Assembly: GCA_946545145.1 (NCBI GenBank)
Contig: CAMNNG010000001.1
Location: forward strand, 1-45,046
From: an uncultured Bacillota bacterium
GTDB taxonomy: Bacteria > Bacillota > Clostridia > Peptostreptococcales > Anaerovoracaceae
DNA length: 45,046 nucleotides
Reading direction: 5' to 3'
In this document: positions 28,228-36,279 of the stretch, piece by piece
Numbering within the stretch: position 1 is the stretch's first letter
Layout of the letters: every line of letters starts with the position of its first letter
Position numbers and translations under genes: made by a program
Notes under the pieces: model-generated
Database searches by the model: none
Seen by the model: the letters and a program-made list of their open reading frames with translations, nothing else
What the model was told of the DNA's origin: nothing

Positions 28228-29874
28228 ATGAAAGTCAGATTTTGCGGAGCCGCAAACGGTGTAACGGGATCATGCCATCTGATAACATGCGGAGAGCATC
28301 AGGTGCTCTTCGACTGCGGACAGTTCCAGGGCGGAAAGCAGCAGGAACGTCTCAATTACGATGACTTTCCCTTCGATCCGGCTGAGATAGAGTGCGTCGT
28401 CCTGTCGCACGCTCACATCGACCACTGCGGAAGGCTGCCGCTTCTCGTAAAGCGCGGCTTCAAGGGAAAGATATACTGCACGGACGCTACGGCTGATCTT
28501 CTCGATGTAATGCTCAAGGACAGCGGATACATCCATGAGAAGGAAGCCGAGTGGCAGAACAGAAAGAACGAAAGAGCCGGAAGACCGCTCGTTGAGCCTC
28601 TGTATACTTTCAACGACGCCGCGGCTACGCTCGCTTACGTTGAGCCGGTCAGATACGACCAGCTGATCGAGCTGAACCCGGACATGAAGGTCGTCTTCAA
28701 TGAAGCCGGACACATCCTCGGTTCGGCCATCATCGAGCTCTTCGCTACGGAAGACGGAAAGACCAGCAAGATAGTATTCTCGGGAGACCTCGGAGTGATA
28801 GGAAGACCTATCCTCAGAGACCCGAAGATCATAAAGAAGGCCGATCAGGTCATCATGGAGACGACTTACGGAAACAGGGTGCATCCGAAGGAGGACAACG
28901 ATATCGACGCCCTCATCAGGATCGTAGTCGAGACGACGAAGAGGGGCGGAAGCGTCATCATACCGTCGTTTGCAGTAGGCCGTACGCAGGAGCTGATCTA
29001 CGAACTCAACAGATTCTACGACAGCGACACTGAGTATTCCAACGTCCTCAAAGACGTCAAGGTATATGTCGACTCGCCGATGGCGGTCAACGCCACTGAG
29101 GTCTTCCAGAAGAACTCGCAGGTGTTCGACGACGAGATGAGAGAGTACATCATGAAGGGCGATGATCCGCTGAAGTTCAAGGGCCTCTTCTTCGCCAGCA
29201 CGACAGAGGAGTCGCAGAGGATCAACATGGATCCGGATCCGAAGATCATAATCTCGGCAAGCGGCATGTGCGAAGCGGGAAGGATACGTCACCACCTCAA
29301 GCACAATCTGTGGGACGCGAGAAATTCCGTCATCTTCGTAGGATACCAGGCTGAGGGAACGCTCGGAAGAAGGCTCGTCGACGGCGAAAAGGATATCACC
29401 CTCTTCGGAGAGAGCATCCATGTCGCCGCGAAGATACACAACCTCGAAGGCTTCTCAGGCCACGCGGACAAGAACGGACTTCTCGAGTGGCTCGGCGGAT
29501 TCGAGAAGGCTCCGAAGCAGATCTTCCTGGTCCACGGAGAACTTGAGTCCAAGGAAGCGTTCGCTTACACCGTCAAGGAAAAATTCGGATACGACCCCGT
29601 CGTCGTCCGCGAGATATCGGAGTTCGAGCTCGAGACTGCAGACATGATCTCGGTCGAAGAAACGACAGACGCCGGCATCGACAAGGACGAGATCAGGAAC
29701 CTCAGATCGAGGATCTGGAGGGTGCACGACAATCTCGAGAACGCTCTCTACAACTCGAGCCTCATCGCGACAGACGGCATCGATCCGGCAAGGTTCAACG
29801 ATATAAGGAATATCGTCATAGACCTCGAAAAGAACGCGGCGAACCTCAGTTCAAAGCTGACTAAGGACGAGTAA
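28228..29874 (+). CDS. MBL-fold beta-CASP hydrolase (CPSF73/RNase J-like nuclease family)
   Basis: HAHIDHCG (HxHxDH) motif, beta-CASP region, C-terminal histidine (GFSGHAD), and a tail of about 100 aa that looks helix-prone by composition. Confidence 0.8.
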   Translation: MKVRFCGAANGVTGSCHLITCGEHQVLFDCGQFQGGKQQERLNYDDFPFDPAEIECVVLSHAHIDHCGRLPLLVKRGFKGKIYCTDATADLLDVMLKDSGYIHEKEAEWQNRKNERAGRPLVEPLYTFNDAAATLAYVEPVRYDQLIELNPDMKVVFNEAGHILGSAIIELFATEDGKTSKIVFSGDLGVIGRPILRDPKIIKKADQVIMETTYGNRVHPKEDNDIDALIRIVVETTKRGGSVIIPSFAVGRTQELIYELNRFYDSDTEYSNVLKDVKVYVDSPMAVNATEVFQKNSQVFDDEMREYIMKGDDPLKFKGLFFASTTEESQRINMDPDPKIIISASGMCEAGRIRHHLKHNLWDARNSVIFVGYQAEGTLGRRLVDGEKDITLFGESIHVAAKIHNLEGFSGHADKNGLLEWLGGFEKAPKQIFLVHGELESKEAFAYTVKEKFGYDPVVVREISEFELETADMISVEETTDAGIDKDEIRNLRSRIWRVHDNLENALYNSSLIATDGIDPARFNDIRNIVIDLEKNAANLSSKLTKDE

Positions 29875-29902
29875 GCAGGGCAGATAAATAATGTGAAAGG
29901 AT

Positions 29903-29926
29903 GATGCGGGCCCTGGAGCCCGCATC
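29903..29926 (+). terminator. Hairpin, possible weak terminator after the beta-CASP gene
   Basis: 9-bp stem GATGCGGGC / GCCCGCATC with a 6-nt loop, but only TT follows it. Confidence 0.35.
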
Positions 29927-29943
29927 TTACAAAGGATAGGAAA

Positions 29944-30834
29944 GTGGAGAAAAAAGCGATAGCGGCGACTGTGGCGGTCACCGTGATCATGGGGATGACG
30001 TTCCTTGCGAGCAGCGAGCTCCTCATTTATGCAGATTCATATCAGAGCGCGGCGATCAGATGGACGTTCGCGCTCTTCAGCATGCTTGCTATGGTCATCT
30101 TCCGTATGGTGAAGATCGAATTCAAGGGAAAGAACTGGCTCCACGCGGCCCCGGTAGCTCTCTGCCAGCCGTGTATTTATGCTGTCTGCGAACTGGAGGG
30201 GATCAGGCTGACGACGGTAGCTGAGTCGGCCGTAATACTGGCACTGGTTCCGGTCGCTGTAGCTATCATCTCTGCGCTTTTCTTCAGGGTGAAGATCAGC
30301 AGGTTCGTAGTCCTTTGCATTATCGTTTCCTTCGCAGGCGTGCTGCTGACGGTCGACTACTCCGAAGGCTTCGGAGGGGAGACGATAGGACTGATATTCC
30401 TGTTCGCTGCCGTCATCACGGGAGCCATGTACAGCATCACATCGGAGAGGGCCGCGGGCGAATTCTCGCCGAACGATCTGGCCTTCCTGCAGTGCGTCGG
30501 AGGCGGCGTATTCTACAACATAGTAATTCTGATCAGGGGGCAGTGGGCCGAAACGTACAGCATGGCCATCCACCAGCCCTCCGTCATCATATCGGGTATA
30601 TATCTCGGACTGATCTGCTCGGCTCTGGGTTACATTCTCTGGAATTATGTGCTTACTAAGATCCCTGCATATATCAGTTCTCTTTTCATCGCTAACGGCA
30701 TCACAGTCATCGGCGTGTGGGTCGGAGTCTTCTTCAGGGGCGACAAACTCACGCTTCTGGGCATTCTCGGCATGATCCTCATACTCGCGGGAGTCGTGGG
30801 AGTAGGTCTGAAAGGTCCGAAGCAAAGCGATTGA
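29944..30834 (+). CDS. DMT/EamA-family transporter
   Basis: 296 aa with about 10 hydrophobic segments arranged as two EamA-like halves. GTG start. Confidence 0.65.
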   Translation: MEKKAIAATVAVTVIMGMTFLASSELLIYADSYQSAAIRWTFALFSMLAMVIFRMVKIEFKGKNWLHAAPVALCQPCIYAVCELEGIRLTTVAESAVILALVPVAVAIISALFFRVKISRFVVLCIIVSFAGVLLTVDYSEGFGGETIGLIFLFAAVITGAMYSITSERAAGEFSPNDLAFLQCVGGGVFYNIVILIRGQWAETYSMAIHQPSVIISGIYLGLICSALGYILWNYVLTKIPAYISSLFIANGITVIGVWVGVFFRGDKLTLLGILGMILILAGVVGVGLKGPKQSD

Positions 30835-30866
30835 ATTTCCCTCCCGTTCGGGTTAAGATATAGTCT

Positions 30867-33107
30867 ATGGTAAACTTGAATAATGAACAGCAAAGAGCAG
30901 TAATGCACACTGAGGGTCCTCTTTTGATCCTCGCAGGCGCGGGAAGCGGCAAGACGAGCACTATGACGAGCCGCATCGCGCATCTTTTGGATTCGGGGAT
31001 TTCCCCGTACAATATCCTCGCCGTGACTTTCACGAACAAGGCGGCGGGAGAAATGAGAGAAAGAGTCGAACAGCTCGCGGGCGGACGCGTGCCCATGTGG
31101 ATAATGACGTTCCACGCAGCGTGCCTGAGGATACTGAGGCGTGACGCCGACGTCCTCGGATACGGAAAGGACTTCGTGGTCTACGACACGGTCGATGTCA
31201 GATCCTGCATCAGAAGGATAATGAAAGAACTCGACATCGATACGAAGTACTGCCCCGTGAACGGAGTCATCGCGGCGATCTCGGCATGCAAAGAAAGCGA
31301 GATGAGCCCGCGCGATTACAGGGAGACGTTCAGTCAGGATCCGGGAAAGGAAAGGATATACGAGATCTACAAGGAGTATGACAGGATCCTCAGACGGAAC
31401 AACGCCATGGACTTCGACGATCTTCTTCTCAACACGGTCAGACTTTTCGAAGAGGACGAGTCGGTCCTCGAAAGGTACCGCGACCGCTTCAGATACATCA
31501 TGGTCGACGAGTATCAGGACACCAACAGGACGCAGTACAAATTCGTCAAATACCTCGCGGAAGGTCACAGGAACATCTGCGTGGTCGGTGACGACGACCA
31601 GTGCATCTACCAGTGGAGAGGAGCCGACATCAGGAACATCCTCGACTTCGAGAAGGACTTTCCGGATGCGACCGTTATCAAACTGGAGCAGAACTACAGA
31701 TCGACGGCGAACATTCTGGACGCCGCCCATTCAGTCATAGAGAACAACCATCAGAGAAAGAGCAAAAAGCTCTGGACAAAGGCCGGAAGAGGTGAAAAGG
31801 TAGTATATATGAGGGCCGACAACGAGCGCGACGAAGCTGTCAGGACAGCCGTCGAGATCGGCCGCCTCGTGAGGGAAGGAAGGGACTACAAGGACATCGC
31901 CGTCCTCTACAGGACCAATGCGCAGTCCCGTGTTTTTGAAGAAGCCTTCTCGAGAAAGGACATTCCGTACAGAGTAGTAGGAAGCGTCAGATACTACGAA
32001 AGAAAAGAAATCAAGGACATGCTCGCTTACATGCGCCTCGTCCAGAACCCTGCCGACGATGTTTCACTCATGAGAGTCATCAACGAGCCGAAGAGGGGCG
32101 TCGGACAGACGACGGTCGGAAAACTCGCGGCGCTCGCAAGGGCTTACGACACCAGCATCTTCGCCTGCATCAAGGACGAAAGCATGATGGGCGGCATCGG
32201 TGCAAAGGCGAGGAATGCAATAGCGGATTTTGCGGCCTGCATAGAAAAGTACAGCGCCGAGCAGGAGAACCTGAGGGTCTGCGATATATATGACGGCCTC
32301 CTCAGAGACAGCGGCTACATGAAGTCGCTCGAGGACGAGAATACCGTAGAAGCGGATTCGAGGATAGAGAACCTCCTCGAGTTCAGGACGGTCATCGAAA
32401 ACTACGACAACGGAGAGATCGAAGCGATGACGGCGATGGAAGGTCTGGATGAACCGGATTCGACCGCGCCGGACAGGAGCCTTGCCGGCTTCCTCGAAAA
32501 GATATCGCTTCTTTCGGATATAGACAACCACGACAGCGGCGCGGACGCAGTCACGATGATGACGATGCACAGCGCCAAGGGGCTCGAGTTCCCAGTCGTT
32601 TTCATGCCGGGAATGGAGGACGGCCTCTTCCCCGGATGGCGTTCGATCGACGACGCCGCGAAGATGGAGGAGGAGCGCAGACTCTGCTACGTCGGCATGA
32701 CGAGGGCCAAGGAGCTTCTGTATCTGTCGAGCGCGGAGTACAGGGTCATGTACGGCAAGGGCAGCTTTACGAGGGAGTCTGTATTCATGAGAGAACTCGA
32801 CCGCAGCCTGCTTACCGGAGACGCCATCTTCGAGAAGAAGAACGAGGCGAGGTTCGGAAGCGCCAAGCCGATCGACGGAGCGCGCGGACAGGCGCCGCAG
32901 ATGCCCTTCGACAGGCTCAGGCAGGCGAAGCGCGAGATCAAGCAGAAGAAGGCGCCGATCGAACTTTCAGCGGGCGACCGCGTGAAGCACGCGAAGTTCG
33001 GCGAGGGCCTGGTAATAAAAGCGGACGGCAACATAGTCGAAGTCATGTTCGATTCCGCAGGAAAGAAGAAACTGGCCGCGGACATGGCTCCGCTCACTAA
33101 GATCTGA
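30867..33107 (+). CDS. pcrA: ATP-dependent DNA helicase PcrA (UvrD family)
   Basis: AGAGSGKT, DEYQDTN and VGDDDQCIYQWRGA motifs in a 746-aa protein. ligA follows, the conserved pcrA-ligA order. Confidence 0.95.
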   Translation: MVNLNNEQQRAVMHTEGPLLILAGAGSGKTSTMTSRIAHLLDSGISPYNILAVTFTNKAAGEMRERVEQLAGGRVPMWIMTFHAACLRILRRDADVLGYGKDFVVYDTVDVRSCIRRIMKELDIDTKYCPVNGVIAAISACKESEMSPRDYRETFSQDPGKERIYEIYKEYDRILRRNNAMDFDDLLLNTVRLFEEDESVLERYRDRFRYIMVDEYQDTNRTQYKFVKYLAEGHRNICVVGDDDQCIYQWRGADIRNILDFEKDFPDATVIKLEQNYRSTANILDAAHSVIENNHQRKSKKLWTKAGRGEKVVYMRADNERDEAVRTAVEIGRLVREGRDYKDIAVLYRTNAQSRVFEEAFSRKDIPYRVVGSVRYYERKEIKDMLAYMRLVQNPADDVSLMRVINEPKRGVGQTTVGKLAALARAYDTSIFACIKDESMMGGIGAKARNAIADFAACIEKYSAEQENLRVCDIYDGLLRDSGYMKSLEDENTVEADSRIENLLEFRTVIENYDNGEIEAMTAMEGLDEPDSTAPDRSLAGFLEKISLLSDIDNHDSGADAVTMMTMHSAKGLEFPVVFMPGMEDGLFPGWRSIDDAAKMEEERRLCYVGMTRAKELLYLSSAEYRVMYGKGSFTRESVFMRELDRSLLTGDAIFEKKNEARFGSAKPIDGARGQAPQMPFDRLRQAKREIKQKKAPIELSAGDRVKHAKFGEGLVIKADGNIVEVMFDSAGKKKLAADMAPLTKI

Positions 33108-33125
33108 TAAAGAGGAGGGCCGCAA

Positions 33126-35096
33126 ATGGCTAACGCGTCAGATGAAAAAAGAAGCAGGATGAAAGAGCTCATCGCAGTTCTCGATGAGGCTGCGCGCGCT
33201 TATTACAAAGAGAGCCGCGAGATAATGACCAACTTCGAGTACGACAGGCTGTACGACGAGCTTGAGGCGCTTGAAAAGGAGACGGGCATCGTCATGGCGA
33301 AGAGCCCGACTCAGAGGGTCGGATACGAGACTCTCGATGAGCTGCCGAAGGAGACCCACGCCGAGAAGATGCTTTCGCTCGACAAGACGAAGGACGTGGA
33401 TGCGCTCGCTTCGTGGCTCGGAGACAAGGAGGGCGTCCTTTCGTGGAAGCTCGACGGCCTGACAGTCGTCCTGACATACAGCGGCGGAGAGCTAGTCAAG
33501 GCAGTCACCCGCGGAAACGGCGAGGTCGGCGAAGTCATAACGGCGAACGCCCGCGTTTTCTCGAACATACCGCTCACGATACCGTACAAGGGCGATGTGA
33601 TCCTGAGAGGCGAGGCGACGATATCGTATGCCGAGTTCGAGAGGATCAACTCCGAGATCGGAGAAGCGGACGCCAAGTACAAGAATCCGAGGAATCTTTG
33701 CAGCGGTTCGGTCCGCCAGCTGAACAACCGCGTAACGGCCGAGAGGAACGTGAGATTCACGGCCTTTGCTCTGGTGCAGGGCGGCGAGGAAGCGAACTCG
33801 CGCATGGCCCAGTTCGACTGGATGGCATCTCAGGGATTCGCTGTAGTCGAGCACGTGCTCGTCGATGCGGGAAGCATCAGGCAGGCGGTGGCTGACTTCG
33901 AGAAAAAGATACCGGAAAACGAGGATCCGTCAGACGGACTCGTTCTGATATATGAAGATATAGCTTATGGAAAGTCGCTCGGCGTGACGGCGAAGTTCCC
34001 AAGAGACGGCATCGCCTTCAAATGGCAGGATGAGCTTGCCGAGACGACGCTGAGGGAGATCGAGTGGAGCGCTTCGAGGACAGGCCTCATCAATCCGATA
34101 GCCGTCTTCGATCCGGTCGAGCTCGAGGGAACTACGGTCTCGAGGGCATCCGTCCACAACGTCAGCATCGTCGAGGATCTGAAGCTCGGCATAGGTGACA
34201 CGATCAGGGTCTACAAGGCGAACATGATAATCCCGCAGATCGCGGAGAATGTCACGAAGAGCGGGGATCTGGCCGTTCCGGACACCTGCCCGGTGTGCGG
34301 CGGGCCCGCAGTCATAAAGCAGGAAGCAGACGTCAAGGTCCTCTTCTGCGGCAACGCGTCGTGCGCGGCAAAGCAGACGAAGTCGTTCGCGCTTTTTGTA
34401 AGCAGAGACGCGATGAACATAGAAGGACTCTCCGAGCAGACGATAGAAAAGCTGATAGCAGCCGGCGCTCTGAAGGAGCCTGCAGATCTCTTCAGGCTCG
34501 AGCAGCACAAGGACGAGATAGCGTCGCTCGAAGGCATGGGCGAAAAATCATTCGCCAACCTTGCGGCATCGGCCGACAAGGCGAGGAAGACTACGCCGGC
34601 GAGGCTGCTCTACGCCCTGGGTATCCCGGGGATAGGAGCAGCGAACGCTTCGATGATATCGAGGCACTGCGGCGGCGACTGGCAGAAGATCAGTTCGCTT
34701 ACTAAGGATGAGCTCCTTGAGATAGACGGAGTCGGAGGTGTCCTTGCGGACGCCTTCACGTCATACTTCGCGGGCGAAGAGAACAGGCGCAGGGTGGATG
34801 ACATCCTGACGGAGATAGAATTTGAAGAAGCGGCGGCGCCGAAAGAGCAGTCGCTCGAGGGCATGACCTTCGTAATAACGGGAAGCCTCGAGCACTTCTC
34901 TAACAGAAAAGCGCTGCAGGAGCTGATACAGGACATGGGCGGAAAGGCAGCGTCCTCCGTCAGCAAGAACACGTCGTTTCTCATCAACAACGACAGCACG
35001 AGCTCTTCATCGAAGAACAAGAAGGCGGCCGAGCTCGGCGTGCCTGTTATAACAGAAGAAGAATTCATGGAAAGGTTCGGTATAGAAAATGCTTAA
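33126..35096 (+). CDS. ligA: NAD-dependent DNA ligase
   Basis: Adenylation motif KLDG, Zn finger CPVCGG...CGNASC, HhH repeats and a C-terminal BRCT domain (FVITGSL). Confidence 0.95.
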   Translation: MANASDEKRSRMKELIAVLDEAARAYYKESREIMTNFEYDRLYDELEALEKETGIVMAKSPTQRVGYETLDELPKETHAEKMLSLDKTKDVDALASWLGDKEGVLSWKLDGLTVVLTYSGGELVKAVTRGNGEVGEVITANARVFSNIPLTIPYKGDVILRGEATISYAEFERINSEIGEADAKYKNPRNLCSGSVRQLNNRVTAERNVRFTAFALVQGGEEANSRMAQFDWMASQGFAVVEHVLVDAGSIRQAVADFEKKIPENEDPSDGLVLIYEDIAYGKSLGVTAKFPRDGIAFKWQDELAETTLREIEWSASRTGLINPIAVFDPVELEGTTVSRASVHNVSIVEDLKLGIGDTIRVYKANMIIPQIAENVTKSGDLAVPDTCPVCGGPAVIKQEADVKVLFCGNASCAAKQTKSFALFVSRDAMNIEGLSEQTIEKLIAAGALKEPADLFRLEQHKDEIASLEGMGEKSFANLAASADKARKTTPARLLYALGIPGIGAANASMISRHCGGDWQKISSLTKDELLEIDGVGGVLADAFTSYFAGEENRRRVDDILTEIEFEEAAAPKEQSLEGMTFVITGSLEHFSNRKALQELIQDMGGKAASSVSKNTSFLINNDSTSSSSKNKKAAELGVPVITEEEFMERFGIENA

Positions 35097-36069
35097 GGTA
35101 GGAAAACTCGACAGTGAACTTCTGAAAAGGATAGTATTCGACAAGATAACGTTCAGACGCGACGAAGTTCTCACGCGCCCGGGCATCGGAGAGGACTGCG
35201 CCGTACTGGACTACGGCGACTATGAATGCGTTCTTTCGACAGACCCGATCACGGCGTCGATAGAAGACATCGGAAGGCTCGCCGTCCACATATCGTGCAA
35301 CGACATCGCGTCGAACGGAGTAGAGCCGGTCGGGCTTCTTCTTGCCGTACTCCTGCCTGAGGGAACGACCGAAGAGCAGATAGAGAACATGATGGATCAG
35401 GCCGGCCGCGCCAGCGAAGAGCTCGGCGTCGAGATAGTCGGCGGACACACAGAGATAACCAGGGCGGTGAACCAGCCCGTAATGATATCGACAGCGATCG
35501 GGCGCGGACCGAAGGGCGGCTCAGCCAGCGGCGAAGACATGCGCCCGGGAGATCTCATCCTCGTGACGAAGAAGATCGGCATCGAGGGCACCGGCATAAT
35601 CGCGACCGAAAAAGACGTTTCGCATGTGCTTACTGAAGAGGAGCAGCGCGAAGCTGCCGCTATGCTCGACCAGGTCAGCGTAGTCAAAGAGGGCGTCATC
35701 GCGGGCCGCGTCGGAACGCACGGCATGCACGATGTGACAGAGGGAGGCATCCTCGGCGCCGTCTGGGAGATGTGCCATGTAAGCAGGCTCGGCGCGACGA
35801 TCGACAGGGCCGAGATCCCGGTAAGCGACATCACCATCAAACTCTGCAAGGCATTTGACCTTGATTTCATGCGCCTCATCTCGAGCGGATGCATGCTGAT
35901 CGTCTGCGAACAGGAGAAGTTCGGCGAGATGAAGGAGGAGATGGAAAAGGCCGGCATAGCGCTGACCTGCATCGGAAAAGTCGAGGAGGAAGCGGCAGGC
36001 GTCAGATTCGAGGACGGCTCTGTGATAGCGCCTCCGGCATCCGACGAGATATATAAAGCCGTTGACTAA
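35089..36069 (+). CDS. PurM-superfamily (AIR synthase-related, HypE/ThiL-like) protein of unknown role
   Basis: GEDCAVL and VGGHTE motifs typical of the PurM-like ATP-binding fold, in a 326-aa protein. The start overlaps the ligA stop by 8 nt. Confidence 0.7.
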   Translation: MLKVGKLDSELLKRIVFDKITFRRDEVLTRPGIGEDCAVLDYGDYECVLSTDPITASIEDIGRLAVHISCNDIASNGVEPVGLLLAVLLPEGTTEEQIENMMDQAGRASEELGVEIVGGHTEITRAVNQPVMISTAIGRGPKGGSASGEDMRPGDLILVTKKIGIEGTGIIATEKDVSHVLTEEEQREAAAMLDQVSVVKEGVIAGRVGTHGMHDVTEGGILGAVWEMCHVSRLGATIDRAEIPVSDITIKLCKAFDLDFMRLISSGCMLIVCEQEKFGEMKEEMEKAGIALTCIGKVEEEAAGVRFEDGSVIAPPASDEIYKAVD

Positions 36070-36090
36070 AACGGGTAAAGACCATATAAT
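36062..36090 (+). promoter_or_regulatory. Sigma-A promoter of SRP RNA
   Basis: TTGACT (36062-36067, overlapping the upstream TAA stop), 17-nt spacer, TATAAT (36085-36090). Confidence 0.75.
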
Positions 36091-36097
36091 ACTTAAG

Positions 36098-36264
36098 GAA
36101 AATCGTCTTCTGACAGCTCCGTTCGGCCCGGCTGTGGGTCCCGCGCAACAGGACTCCGTGAACCTTGTCAGGTCCGGAAGGAAGCAGCAATAAACGGTAG
36201 CGCCTGTGTGCCGCGGACAAGCCTTCACCGGTGTCCCTGCGGGGCTGTCAAAGGGCGATTTTCT
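36098..36264 (+). ncRNA. ffs: Signal recognition particle RNA (4.5S/scRNA); boundaries approximate
   Basis: Contains the domain IV consensus GTCAGGTCCGGAAGGAAGCAGC with a GGAA tetraloop at 36176-36179. The flanks pair into a long rod, for example TGACAGCTCCG 36111-36121 with CGGGGCTGTCA 36240-36250. It lies directly upstream of dnaX, as in Bacillus. Confidence 0.85.
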
Positions 36265-36279
36265 ATAGGAGAAAAAGAT

